From Antedon mediterranea (lineage: Eukaryota; Animalia; Echinodermata), in assembly GCF_964355755.1 (NCBI RefSeq), contig NC_092677.1, positions 11,740,101 to 11,804,100 of the forward strand: 64,000 nucleotides of DNA, written 5' to 3'. The stretch's first letter is position 1. Each line of letters opens with the position of its first letter. A program made the position numbers and the translations under genes. Shown here one piece after another: positions 10,398 through 23,482 of the stretch. The notes under the pieces were generated by a model, which worked only from the letters and a program-made list of their open reading frames with translations, ran no database searches and was not told the origin of the DNA.

Positions 10398-13300
10398 TCA
10401 TATCGGAAGCCATTCTTGGACGGGTATATCTAATACAACCTCCATGTCTGGAGTACACCTGTAAGACAAGACAATTATCCTGTGTTTATATTGTTTTTTG
10501 GTGAGACTAGTATGGTCCCTTTTTCCTAACTAGTACTGTATACAATACAGTACTTTAATACAGATTTCAGCTACCAGACTTTACCTCTTTTTGGGAAATT
10601 AAGCATCTGCATTATTAGAAAATGGTAATAAAATGGAACTGTACTACTGTCGTGTCATATATTTACCATATTCCATGTTATAAAGTATAGCTTTACTTAC
10701 TTTGGTATAGTACGATAAAGATGAGGAAATAGTTGCTTTCGAACACTAATCTCTGGGCTGACTTTGAGTGCGTCTACTTCTTTTGTAAGGTTCTCGTTTT
10801 CTTCCTCCAACTTTAATTGGTTTTCTTTATATTCTTCAATTTCCTTAAAATATAATTTATTCATTGTTCCCATTCTATAACCTGTTTCATTTACAGTGAA
10901 TGAGTGCATAGTTAACTCTTTTAATTTCAGTATAACCTCTACTTTGGGACACCCAAATAGTGATCATGCGATACTGTCATCAAGGCAATCTAACAACAGA
11001 ACACTTGCCAAGATAGGAAATCATAACAGTCCTTTGATCTTATGTCTGGCTGCGACAAATACCAACAGTACTGTACTTATTCTTTGCGTCGTGTGGTGTC
11101 TGTTAAGGGGTGTGGTACTGATCATGTCGCAGCCACAGATAAACCCTTTGATCTCTGGAGCTCAGCATCCTGTTGTTAGAATGTTTTTATGTGTGTTTTA
11201 CCACTATAGCCAACCCTTATTCACGGGACACCTATTGAATCCTGAAGGTGTCTCCTTAATTGGGGTACTACCCAGTCCCCTACTATTGCAAGTAATCTAC
11301 CTTTTTCATCACCATATTTTGTAGTGCCATGTCCTTGAGGCTCACATGCATAGAAGCAATGGCATTCTCAGTCGCCTCGGATTTGATGTCTTCAATTGTC
11401 TCTTGACCTTTAACCTCATATTTCTCTTGCTCGATTGAAATTATATTTTCAAGATCAACTTGCTCTGTCTATAAAGAAACATTTTATTAATAAATCTGAA
11501 ATTATCTTTGCACATTGGTAAATAATTTTGTAGGAATAATTTATGAATTTCATAATACCTCAAATTCTTTAGACAACTGTTCGATTTGTATCCTCAGTGC
11601 ATTTATTTTCATAGCTTTCACAGGATATTCTTTATCTTTGTAGCTAAGCAGTACACTCAGCTCAGTGCGTTTATTTTTTAATGCTTGTTGTACTTCGGAA
11701 AATTGCTTTTCCAGGCCTGTAGATGAAGAGAAAGAATAGCTACGGTTAGGCCTGGCTATGGTCAACTATATACTGTAAACTACTGTTTAGTGTTCTCCAC
11801 ACTCTACACACATTTATACTATTTTCACCATACCCTTGAGACCTGCATTCACTTCATCTTCTGTATTTTTCAGTTCTGTTAATGCTTTTTCTTTTTCATT
11901 GTCAAACTTAAAAGTTAATGTTGACACAGCCCCCTATTAAAATTAAAAACAATATAGTCTTTTACAAAACATAGGATGAACGTTTTTGTTTTTAGATTGC
12001 TATAAAGCTCTGTCTATACTATCAAACTAGTTTAATTGTTGTATAGACAAAGCTTTAAACTTGAAAAACACAGTTATACAGTATCTTATGATATAATCAA
12101 AACAAGATAATGCTTACCCGATATCGTTCATATTTCTGCAGAATTTGTTTCACATCTTTATGCTGTAAATATACAAAAATATATATTTAATAGTTTTAAC
12201 GTAAATGTCGTTGGAAGGTTGCTTTGTAATCAATAAACTTGGGTCAACTATTTATTGGCCCAGCTCTGCTAAAAAACAATTAGAAATGTTTTACATACTG
12301 TTTTTTCTTCTGCACCTTCAATCTCTGTCCGAAACTTCTCATTTTCATTTAATCTAAAATCACTTTCATTAAAGAAGAATTTGTAGACATTTTGAATGTA
12401 TTACCAAGTAAGAAATGGTGACGCAAGGGGAATGCTTACACCTATCCCAACCCAACAACAGCTTTCTTCCAAGTTGGCCCTTCTCTACTACCCAGCCCAA
12501 ATATGGAAGGCCGAGAAACCCATTCCAAGATTCAAAGGATACAAAACCTCATGCCTAGCTTTGTAGTTTGTAACAGCTTGCTTTCTGGATTTGATCAGTA
12601 GTTGCAGGACATTTATCTCTCTCTGTCGTTCAGCATTTAGCTCATCCTTGCTAGGTCCTGCTGGTTGGTCTGACCTCTTGTGACTATGGTTGCACACTGA
12701 TGACGAGCTAGGCTTATCAAAGCGGTGACCACTCTTTACATGAAAGGTTGAATGGGTTGCAGTGTTCAGTCGAGCATCTAAATAAGGTAAAGAAAAATTG
12801 GTTTATTAGGTGATCATTTAGAATAAAATGATCACCTATTGTTATTGTATGAAATCTTAATATTTGTTACTTTCTGTACAGATTTTGTGTGTCAATTATC
12901 TCATAAAGTTGAATGGCAATGATCACAAGAATTTCACAATGTCTTTCTAATACTTTAACTTAGTCCTAAAAAGCTTTTCAGCGTGATCACTCATCCGTGA
13001 CGTCATTTATACGCCATTTTGTGAAATCGCATTATCAATCATATCTCCATAATTCATTATCACATATTAATGAAATTCCCTACACGTAAACTTCAGGTCA
13101 AGGGTAAAAATATTAGCAAATAAAAACGCACGCGTACATAGGTTCATGCGCGTAAAATCTCGCGTTAAAAGTTTAAAATGTGAAAAATCAATTTCTAATC
13201 AATTTTCTACGCATTTCATGTCATTTTAAGCATGTCAAAAATTCCCACGCGCGCGCACATTTTTTCGCGCGCGGCACGCATGTAGCGTTAAAAACATATT

Positions 13301-15081
13301 TTTTCACTTGATTCATGTTTTTTCAGCCCTTTTCTCGTAATTTTACCAACTTTTAAACAATTTCGACTTTAAATCACGTCATGCGAGCACGTCGAATTTG
13401 AGAATTTGCGCGTGTTTTTGATGAAAAAGTAAAAAAATTCGTCAAAATTATGCCTTTTTTTAAACAGTCATATTTTCTAAACTAAACGGTGAAAGTTATT
13501 TTTATTACATAATCTGGAAGATGATGAGTTGTAGATATTGGATCATGCATCAATATGGCTAACCGGACATTGTGACGTCATTGTATGGCCACTCGAATAT
13601 AAAATATTGGATTTTTGTCTCTTTCGTCATAGCTTATCGCATTTAATAGAGCGCATATCCATTTATGCGTTTTCCATTTTGCACCTGATTTTGATATTGT
13701 CTAGGTCAATCAATTATCTTTCGAATGATTTACCATTTTAAACATTTTTATGACGTCATGATGTTCAAAAGCGTGAATTCCTTGGGTCATTTATTTTCAT
13801 CATTACAGTAAATTTCAATATGTTATAGCTCCTCAGAATAAAAAGAAATACTCATGATTAAAACGTTTTCTGGAAGCTGTTGAATTGTAGATACGAATTC
13901 ATGTAAAAATTTTGCGCATCGGATGTAGTGACGTCATCATATGACCAGTTGAATTATAAAAGTCGTATTTTCATATTTTGCGTCATAGTTCATGACATTT
14001 AAAAGAGCGCGCATCCATATTATGCGTATCCCAATTTATTCAACATATTAATAAGTTGTTTCTCAAATAATTTCCTTCCAAAATTGCTATCTACGTATTT
14101 CAATTTGATGACGTCATCATTTTAAAATTTGGAATAAAGGAGGGTCCCGTTATTTTCACCTATTCTGCACTGTATTTAGTATGTATGCTACACTGTATAT
14201 AGATATACCGTATATACTGTATATACTGTACATATTGTATATGGCATATAGGCACAATTCAGCACTATAAGCGTATAGGATGGCATACATCAGCATTTTC
14301 CGATCGTATGTTAACGTACGTGCATGTTTAAAAAAAATTAATTTCAGTAAAATGATAAAAATGATCACCTATAATTCGTCAAAGTGACGAATTAAATTCT
14401 AGTTAATTATTATAACTTTTGTTTTTCAAACTTTTTTTTGTTACTAGGGATTTTGTTTTGTCACATTTCTTAAGCTCTACACTCTGTCTACAAACAAATG
14501 GTATGTGCCCATATATGGACATGATGATGTCATATCACTACCATATATTTAAGCATATCACTACCACCATATTTAGGCACATCACACTTTTTTTTGTTAA
14601 ACTAGTTTGATAGTGTAGACAGGGCTTTAAAGAGCAAACCTGTCGACCGAATAGGGATTTTAGGCCTATACTACCGTATATTATTACAATGATATTGATT
14701 ACAATTTAAAAAAACATTGTTTTGATGAAATATAAGGTGCGTCTTATACATCGACGATATAAAAAATACCGATATTTTACTCTCAGTTAGGGGGTGCGTC
14801 TTATACACAGGTGCGACTTATACACCGAAATATACGGTATACCAAGAATCATCGTCCTATTCAAATCTAATTCAGTAATTTCTTAATGTCCTGGTTGGAT
14901 CCACAATAAGCATTATTTCACAAACAGACATACCAGCTGCTAGTCTGTTAGGTGATGTAGTACTGAGGATCTTTTGGACACGTTTCTTTCGCTCTTTTCT
15001 CTTCCATTGATCATAATCTACTGGTTTGATATCAATGGCACCTAATGATGTCAGAATCGCTTCATCCTCTTTAGTTGTCAT
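10398..15081 (-). CDS. C20orf96: C20orf96 homolog (coiled-coil protein); exons 14934-15081, 12543-12777, 12299-12353, 12118-12162, 11843-11933, 11559-11716, 11301-11468, 10701-10843, 10398-10458 (~367 aa)
   Basis: C-terminus PKCTPDMEVVLDIPVQEWLPI* resembles the C20orf96 end (PKCTPDMDVILNIP...); internal LLSYKDKEYPVKAMKI motif; heptad-rich exons join in frame (1104 nt) when the U12-type donor at 12542 is used. AATAAA at ~10261-10266. Confidence 0.8.
12354..12542 (-). other. U12-type (minor spliceosome) GT-AG intron in C20orf96-like
   Basis: Donor |GTATCCTTT; branch-like TTCTTTAAT (12368-12376) ~15 nt from the AG; no polypyrimidine tract. Only this donor keeps the reading frame; the alternative GAG|gttttg gives an immediate stop. 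Confidence 0.8.
12830..14400. repeat. Unclassified interspersed-repeat-like insertion with an internal diverged ~357-bp direct duplication (~13450-13800 vs ~13800-14130)
   Basis: gtgacgtcat...cgtcatag...agagcgc.atcca..tatgcgt recurs at 13572 and 13929; 'aaaatgatcacctat' occurs near both ends; CpG-rich compared with flanking intron. Confidence 0.45.
14672..14839. mobile_element. Short Tc1/pogo-like MITE remnant
   Basis: Termini taccgtata / tatacggta; subterminal repeats ggtgcgtcttataca x3. Confidence 0.5.
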
Positions 15082-15328
15082 CTCTACTTCTTTCAGTAGT
15101 ACTAGGCTAGTAGTAGTAGTGGAACTTCTGAAAAACAGTTTATTATTATATATTATAATACCCCGTATAATACATTAATATTATTATTGAGTATTAATAA
15201 TTAATAGGCCTACTAGGCCTATTAATAATTTTAAAATGTTAAAACAATATAAGTTATTATTATTTATTAATAAATTATAGCTGATCCCTAACTAACTAAT
15301 TAGACTAAGATATGAGATTTCTGATATA

Positions 15329-15674
15329 ATTATGCACTTGTCAATTGTATGACCCACTATACGACCCCCGGGAGAGGTGCGTCATGGGTGCGTCATTTAC
15401 AAATAATTACCGACGCAGGGGTGCGTCAAAAAACCTAGATGGTACGTCACATCAATGAACAAGGTGTGTCAATGTCCGTCACTTTACCACCCACCATATC
15501 ATAAACAACATGGCCACAGTGCGTCAAAATGGGTGCGTCATGGTCACCTAAAGGTAAGTCACCTTTTTGACGCACGGGTGCGTCATGGTATTCAAAAGTA
15601 TGACGCACATCTGACAAATGACGCACCTCTCCCGGGGGTCGTATAGTGGGTCATGCAATTGACAAGTGCATAAT
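15329..15674. mobile_element. MITE with ~55-bp TIRs and many internal TGACGCA/TGCGTCA motifs
   Basis: attatgcacttgtcaattg(t/c)atgacccactatacgacccccgggagaggtgcgtcat and its reverse complement ending at 15674. Confidence 0.8.
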
Positions 15675-15807
15675 ATATATTATGTATATAATAGGATAAA
15701 CATTATAATGTATACGACATTTAGCGCGACCAAAGTAACAACGCGATCAACCCATGTCAAACGCAACCGATGATTAAAACAGCGTACTAACTACCAAAAT
15801 AAAACCG

Positions 15808-16020
15808 TGGGCGACTTTGCGATGGGGCGAATTTGTGATGGGGCGACTTTGCGATGGGGCGATTTTGCGATGGGGCGACTTTGCGATGGGGCAACTTTGC
15901 GTTGGGGCGACTTTGCGATGGGGCGACTTTGCGATGGGGTGACTGTGTCGGGGCGACTTTGTTTTGGGGCGACTTTGCGATGGGGCGACTGTGTAAGGGG
16001 CGACTTTGCGATGGGACGCC
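15808..16020. repeat. 16-bp tandem repeat (ggggcgactttgcgat), ~13 copies; possibly one arm of a foldback-type element
   Basis: Directly visible periodicity; produces four overlapping spurious repetitive ORFs. Confidence 0.9.
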
Positions 16021-16299
16021 ATCCATACCAAACTATCCTGAGAGCCGACAGCGCTAGCTACCTAGAGGTAGGGCCTAGCTGGGGCCTTGTAAGGCCGCCC
16101 TAGAGGCTAGGCCTCTAGAGCCTAGAGGCTAGGCTAGCCCTAGTTAGTAGGCTATAGTAGCCTAGGCCCTAGCCTAGACCTAACCTAGTGCTAGGCCTAG
16201 CTAGGCCTACTACTAGTAGTAGGCTAGGGCCTATTATTAGAGAGCTGATAAAAACTAGACCTCTCATCGTATTTCAGTATTAAGTACGCTAAAAATCAA

Positions 16300-16563
16300 T
16301 TGTTTTAATAAAAACCTTTCAATACTACATATTTGGTATTAAAATGTTTTTTTATCGTCAAAAAGGCAATTTAAAGTCCATTGTTTATTTCGGCCATTTT
16401 TCGTGAATTGTTGCTAAGGTTGATTTTTAAGAAGTTATTATAGAGGGCGATATACAACACGTGAAAAAAAATCATCGTGCGTCGTACAAATTTGATTGTT
16501 TGGTCGAAAGATAAGTTCAAAATAATCGATTCAGATGTTGGTTTTACAAATACTTACATAAAG
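16300..16563. promoter_or_regulatory. Probable bidirectional promoter C20orf96-like/FAM210A
   Basis: Divergent arrangement; YY1-like CGGCCATTTT at 16391-16400; RFX half-site-like GTTGCTAAGG at ~16410; flanked on both sides by GGCCTAG-rich tracts. Confidence 0.45.
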
Positions 16564-19500
16564 ATGTTTAAGAATATAATATATTGGCGAATGCAATTAA
16601 AATCGATATTTTTGGAAAATTCTAAACGTAAGTTTTTATTAAATAAATCTGGCATACCTACTAGAGGCCTCTAGTCTAGGCTAGCCTAGGCCTAGCCTAG
16701 GCCATACCATTTAATAGACTCGGCTGGACCAAGCTACTATCCATTTGACCTACATGAGTGTTTGTTTTGTAGTATAGGACCTAGGGTTAGCTCAGGAATT
16801 TTAATACAGTTACTTAGACCTAGTACATTGTACCTGTGTGTGTGTCACTTTGTTTCCATTAACCTACTTTCAGAAAGCTGCTTTTCGGTAGTTTTTTTTA
16901 TTGAACAAAAAAAAATGATGTAATACTAGTGAGTGTATTACTAAATAAATAAATCATGTATACTAGCCTAGTATTACTAATTTATTACTACTACTTTACT
17001 AACTACTGTACATGATGATTCCTGAAATTTTATTAATATTTTATTAATATAGGTAGCTAGGTCTATAATAATACTAGGCCTAGGCTATTTTAAAATCGCT
17101 GTGGCTAAAGATACGGTACCGTATTCTAACTTCTGTTTACTAAAGATACGGTAAAATTGCATTACGTCATAACCAGCCAATGGGGTGCTGGTACGTGTGT
17201 GACGTCATATCGCGAAAACCATGGAGGTATGGCGAAAACAGTGATCAACCGCATTTTCTTTATGCTTTATTTATCGCTATTATCGCCGTCGTGTGTGACA
17301 AAAACTAAATGTAGCCTACGTCTGTTATTATTATTGAAAAGCCATGTTGATTTTAATTCTAGAATAGAGAAAACCGTTTTAAAAGAGGCCTAGGCCTACT
17401 TACTACGTACTATGTATAACCTCATTATATGAGTTTGTTTGTGAAGGGAAAGCGATTCCAGGCTGTGGCCAGCTGCATATGTGTGCGCTGATTTCTGTGA
17501 CTCGTCAGCCCTGGGGCTACACTGCTGTCTAAATCATAGTATTTAAGGGCTCCTTTATTGTCCGCATTTGCTTGTTGTTTATGGTCACCATTGTAAACAA
17601 AGTTTTAAAAAAATATAGGCCTAAATAGGCCATTTGGAATAAAAATAAAACCCTCATCTGCAGCCCAGCACACACATCCACGCAGCCTGGCGCCGCCGAT
17701 AGGAATTCTCTACATATATACAACCAACAACAGACGCGATATGAAAACAAAATCCCAAGTCCTTATACGATGACGTCACACACGTACCAGCACCCCATTG
17801 GCTGATTATGACGTAATGCAATTTTACCGTACCTTTAGTAAACAGAAGTTAGAATACGGTACCGTATCTTTAGCCACGGCGTTTTAAAATATGTGTTTTA
17901 TTTGGTTTATTTATTATATAATATAATAAAGGCCTAGTATATATTTTATTTATATACTGACTCTAGACTTCACTACAATGTAGCTAGAAGACACTCATAT
18001 TTTTCCAGACAGTAAAGTTGAACAATAGACTCCCTATCAACCTTGTGTACTCCTGGTCTACTGTACACTACTTATTAATCCTCTTTCAGATATTCAACTT
18101 TCCAACCATACAAGGACTGGAATGCAATATGCCGCCATCTCTAGTTTTCCAACTTCATCGCAGAAATTGCTTTCTTCTAAAAAAACAAATCCTTGCTACG
18201 CGTCTGCCTTCAATAAAACACTAGAAGATAATATGTTCTTCAATTCAAGATTGTTTTCCACACATGACAGTAACAAGTCGAACATAGACAAAAACCACAC
18301 AGGACAGGTTGATGAAGAAGAACCAATTATTGCTATGTATGATGAGAAGGGAAATAAACTGAGTAATTGGGCACGTATGAAGATGATGGCTAAGGCATAT
18401 GGTTATGTTATCATACCGGTGCACTGGATTATAGCGCCGGTCTGGTTTGGTTCATTCTATGTAGCAGTCACACAGTAAGTGATTCTTTTTCTTTCTGCCA
18501 GTTGTACTTTAACTAACCCCCCATATTCTAATTTAACACCTGGCATTCAGAAACTTTGTGCTCAACAGAAAATCTGTAATGTTTCGTTCAAACAGAAAAC
18601 ATTAATTTACTTTAGCTATTAATGCTCAAAATACTCCGTTGAAAAACTCAACGCTCAAAATACTCTGTTGAAAAACTCAACGCTCAAAATACTCTGTTGA
18701 AAAGCTGAACTCTCAAAATACTCCATTGATAAACTCAAAGCTCAAAATACTCCGTTGAAAACTTAATGCTCAAAATACTCCATTGATAAACTCAAGGCTC
18801 AAAATACTCCGTTGATAAACTTACTTTTTTTACTTTACTTTTTTGTTAAACTGAACACTAAAAATACCGGTAGTCATTGTTAAAAACTCAACGCTCAAAA
18901 TACTCCGTTGTTAAACGTCAACGCTCAAAATACTCCGTTGATGAACTCAATGCTCAAAATATGCCATTTCCTGAGTTTATCCCACTATGTTTCAAATCTT
19001 TTGGATGAAAAAAAAAATGAAAACGTTACAGCGCCCCCTATTCAGTAGTAGTTGGATACTAAATACTCTTACTGTAGTGTACTTTAAAAAAAAACTTTAG
19101 CTTAAAATTTCTTAAAATGATTGTTTGATTTTGTACTTTTGGTAGATTTTCTGGTGCTTTTGAACACAACCCCTCTAATCCCACTTAATTCATATTCTCT
19201 GTAGTGTAAATCAAATAAAAGGCATGTGAATGTTTTTGAGATTGATATAAATTGATTCCAAGTAATAGATTATTACAGTTTATGTTATCATTTTATTTCC
19301 ACATTTGTCGCTTGCAAGTTTCCAGTTTCTTTAAGAAAAAACAATACTGTATCAGTTAAATCTATTTTATTTTGTAGTGGAATTGATATTGTCCCTCTTC
19401 TAAACAATTTTGGGGTGAGTGAGGTGTACTTAAGTAAGTTACAGAATTCCGGCGCCAGCAACATCCTTCAAGCATACGCAATGTACAAAGTGGCGACGCC

Positions 19501-19741
19501 AGCTCGTTACACGCTAACGCTAGCAGCTACCGAAATGACCATACGAACCTTGAGAAAGCGGGGCTTCATGAAACCGTTACCGCCAAAGGAAAAAACTTAC
19601 CGCGAGTCGATGCAGGAAACATACGCTGGGATGAAGGAAAAAATGGAAGACGTGAAGGATAAGATGGACGATGTTAAAGATAAAATGAATGAAGTGAGGG
19701 ACAAATTAAAAGATGGTGAAGAGAAGGGAAAACCAAATTGA
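16564..19741 (+). CDS. FAM210A: FAM210A (DUF1279 mitochondrial inner-membrane protein); exons 16564-16627, 18090-18474, 19378-19741 (270 aa)
   Basis: YGYVIIPVHWIIAPVWFGSFY; GIDIVPLL; AYAMYKVATPARYTLTL; LRKRGFM; C-terminal coiled coil EKMEDVKDKM. Exons total 813 nt in frame. Exon 1 is less certain. Confidence 0.9.
17097..17881. mobile_element. Non-autonomous Mutator-like element (MULE), ~115-bp TIRs, 9-bp TSD
   Basis: TIR cgctgtggctaaagatacggtaccgtattctaacttctgtttactaaag...gtgacgtcat and its near-perfect reverse complement; TTTTAAAAT on both sides (17088-17096, 17882-17890). Confidence 0.85.
18620..18965. repeat. Minisatellite, ~29-bp unit (ctcaacgctcaaaatactccgttgaaaaa)
   Basis: About 10 visible 'gctcaaaatactc(c/t)gttga' units in FAM210A intron 2. 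Confidence 0.85.
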
Positions 19742-21727
19742 TGTTAAATTATTGAAAATCTGAAAATGCTGTAATATGATTTAAGACTGAAAACAAAATG
19801 TTTTTTAATTAATAATGTAGAGAAAATATGTTCATTGGTAGAAACCAACAAACTGTGATGTGCTGAATGCAACATAAATGTTGTAAAAGCCTAAAGTCTA
19901 CAGTACCACATCATTAAACTTAAACAAGTAGCTGCTGTGACGCGGATCGTGGATTTGGTTTCTACTGTGGGTTATTTCAAATTTGTTTAAGAACTTTGTG
20001 CATTTCAGTGAATACAGTCCAGTGTAGTGCTTGATAGTTGGTGTTTTAGACATTTTTCCCCCTAACGATGAGTACAAAATAAACAATAATAGATACATAT
20101 ACCGTAGTTCAAACGTAGCATAACATAATTTCAAGTTTTCCATGAATGATTGATAAATATAAATAGGTAGTTAAATCAAGGCATTCTAACAACAGGATGC
20201 TAAGCTGCAAAGATCAAAGGGTTTATCTGTGGCTGCAACACAATCTGTTTCACGCCTCTTAACAGACACTGCACGCCGCGGAGAATATGTACATAGTACA
20301 GTAATCTTGATATTTGTCGCAGCCAGACATGAGGTCACAGTACTGTTACAAGTTTCTTTATTGGCAAGTCGAGCTCAGTGTTCTGTTGTTAGATTGCCTT
20401 GGTATAATTAAATTAATACAATTTTTAAAGCAACTCGGCATTAATTCAATCATTAAAATTTTTTTTAACAAAAGTGGCCACCGTTATAGCTTAGTGTGGG
20501 AGATTTTTGCGTACAGTTTTTCTGTACATTGTGATGTTTTTTAGATAATTTTTACAAAATATATTTTGTAGTTTTAAAAAAAGAGACTAAAATTAATAAA
20601 TTTTTGGTTGGTGCTTCTTGCAACTTTTTTATTAAATTTTAAGTAAATTTTTTATTAATTTTCCAACGATTGACTTTTTAGAATATATCATATAATATTT
20701 ATAAGTTATAAATATTGTTGCAATAATGTAGAAGATAAGAAACATCAAATTACGTTAGTAATAATAATAATAATCCGATTCTAAATAAATGTGTAATGGT
20801 ACTTGCAGAATAAACAAGATTTCAATTGCCTCTACTCATTCGTGTTGGTACAGTACATTTAAGTTGATAAAAGCCGGTCTTTTCGCCATGTTGAGGTTCA
20901 GTATAATAATATTTACATATTGCTTCACGGACGATTCGGCTTATCATTCGTAAAAATAAAACATTTTGTCACACGTTGACTGTCATACCTAGCAGACAAA
21001 ATGGTAACGCCCGCTGGTGGCGCTGCGTAAACAGAAACAATACTAGAGAGACAAGTCTATGCATGCATCCACGGTGACATCAAACGATTTTCCAACGCGC
21101 CGCGCTTGCCTATACTAAAGCACTGCTGCCACTCAAACAAACACGCTCATTGAACTCCGTGTCTCTAACAAAACGTAGCCATGTAGAAATTGTAGGCGCA
21201 GTCTGATTTGTTCTATTGACATGTCTGTCATGTAACAACAATATATTGGTGAACAATTCTGTTTTAATTTCCGAATCACAATCGGACTACAAAAAGTTCA
21301 CTTTTAGTAGTTGGTAATATTAATAAAATATGCAATTGACCATGTATGTTGTTACCGTGTCTTGTGGTCTCAAATCAACAAACGAAACGTGTTTTTAATA
21401 ATATAATGGCTAAGCAGTGGTTTCTTCATAAATCTCTTTAATTATCGAATTACCAAAGCATTAAAAGTCATTCACATCAGCAACTTTTACTATAAATCTT
21501 GTACAATATCACAACTCTGTTGAAATTCAGAACATTCTGTGTTAAACCGAACAATTTTTAAAAAGTTAGTAAATTATTTTTTTTTTTAAATACCACAGCA
21601 TTACATGAAAAGGATATACACCAGACTTATATTGGCTCTTCCACTACTAACAAACAACTCATATGATTAAACTTAAATTTAGGGAAGTAGGCCATAGTTT
21701 AATTTTCAATTAAAATATGACACGCGT

Positions 21728-23361
21728 TTAGCGTACGATAAGGTACATAAGTGCTGACGTCACCAAGACGACAACGCTGCTGGTGACGAATCCCGCTCCG
21801 TTGCAGTCGTCCGTCGAACAAGTGGAGTAACAGGTTTCAATCCCTAAAAATTCTGCACAGGTATTTCCAACGGATCCACATATTCGGGTAACAGAATTTA
21901 CACCATTAGCGCTGACTTTGGTTTTCTATTTAAAAAAAAGAAGAAACCAGGTTCAGTTGCAATGGTAATTTATTATTACCCAAGGCTATAGAACGGAATC
22001 TGATAGAAGAAGATTTATTTTTAGTAGGGTGGGGGGGGGGTGGGGGTACACAAATCTGGAATACAGACGTTGTTTGAATTGTTTTGTAATTTTACTGTGT
22101 GATTTGTGTACTGGGCCTTCTGGGAGAACATTTATTTTTACTGAAAAGGCTACCCAGTATAAAGAATAAATAAACAAAAAAGAAACAATGTTGGACACAT
22201 TCACTTGCGCCGAAGAAATAACCAATTAAAATAAACATACATAATGTATATACAGAAAATAACTTTAAAATATAAATACAGTAAAACATAAACTAAAAGT
22301 CAAAACATGTGTAATTACATGAACTTGATTGGACGTTTCGAGGATAAATAAATGTTATATATCCATCCATACCCCCAACCCCGCCCGAGAACTGATATTG
22401 AGCATAGAGATATTAGTGAACTAAAAAAATATATTTACTGAGTAATTTTCGTGTCCCCGACATTACAAATACAGTGAAATCTCGAGGACGATTATATTGA
22501 GTAATTTTCGTATTTATATTTAAAAATCGTTTAACCCTTTCACCACAGATGTTGTTTATGTCAGGGTTAGACAATGTAACTTACAGCACATGAAGTGATG
22601 GAGGAAGAACATGTCGTACTGGTGATAGTTGCACTGTCAAAGGGGTCATTGCAGCCGCTATCTGTTGTCACACACGTATAGCAATCGATACAGTTGCCTA
22701 AAACAAAACAAAATTCATTCAATTGAGATTGTTCTATACCCACGCAAAATGTGAAGACCTTCCCAGTGTACAGGTTATTCTGATGTTTTACACTCCATTA
22801 CCCCCACCTCCGGTGGCGGTTCAATGTCATTTTGATATTCCATATAATTTACCCCAACCCCAGCATAAATTTCTGACTACTGTAATTTGGTTTTGGGAGA
22901 TGTGTGTTGGTTGTTGTTTATGGTGATTGTTTGTTTATTGGTTGGTTGCACGGTTGATTGAGAGCTTTAGTCCATGGGTTTGGTTAAGTTGTTTTGGTTA
23001 GTGCGCATGCGTCTCGATTACCTATTGGATAATTGGTTAAGAATGCTGGTTAGAATTTTGTATTGTTGTTAAGTTGGTGTATTGGGTGTTTTTTGTTGAT
23101 TGTGGTTTTTAGGTTTTTAGTTTTTTTTATTAGTGTTCCATGACCTTCTCATCAAAATGAATGTCTCTCATTGTTGTGCTATGTCAACATAATGTCAATG
23201 ACGGCGAAATGTCCCCAATAATGAGGATAGCTATGCAAACAAGTAACAAGTACTGTAAGTAAGTAAGAATGGCTATCTCCCAAGTCGATATCTTTTGTAG
23301 ACTTACCTTTTGCAGCAAGACAACTTACTATCACAATGACGGACAGAAGTTTCATAATCAT
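21728..23361 (-). CDS. Ly6/uPAR three-finger protein A (quiver/sleepless-like, predicted GPI anchor); exons 23307-23361, 22585-22697, 21728-21925 (121 aa)
   Basis: Signal MIMKLLSVIVIVSCLAAKG; IDCYTCVTTDSGCNDPFDSATITSTTCSSSITSCA|KTKVSANGVNSVTRICGSVGNTCAEFLGIETCYSTCSTDDCN; hydrophobic tail GAGFVTSSVVVLVTSALMYLIVR*. 10 Cys in the mature domain. Putative 5'UTR exon donor at 25599. Confidence 0.88.
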
Positions 23362-23441
23362 TGTTGTTAAACCTATACAAAATAATACAATAAAAATACC
23401 ATTAGTATTTTTAGTGAGAACCTTTTATTAAACTATTGAAC

Positions 23442-23482
23442 CAGGGAGGTATAAAAAATAATTATTATTTTATACCTCCCTG
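23442..23482. mobile_element. 41-bp micro-MITE, 15-bp TIRs, 7-bp TSD
   Basis: attgaac|cagggaggtataaaa-aataattatta-ttttatacctccctg|attgaac. Confidence 0.65.

Noticed and set aside
10896-11324. 142-aa plus-strand ORF (and similar 1468-1809, 53811-54242)
   Set aside because: Antisense to or within introns of supported genes, with no recognisable motif; likely chance ORFs.
15774-16103. Four overlapping repetitive ORFs / CRISPR-like periodicity
   Set aside because: Produced by a spacer-less 16-bp tandem repeat in eukaryotic DNA; no unique spacers and no cas genes.
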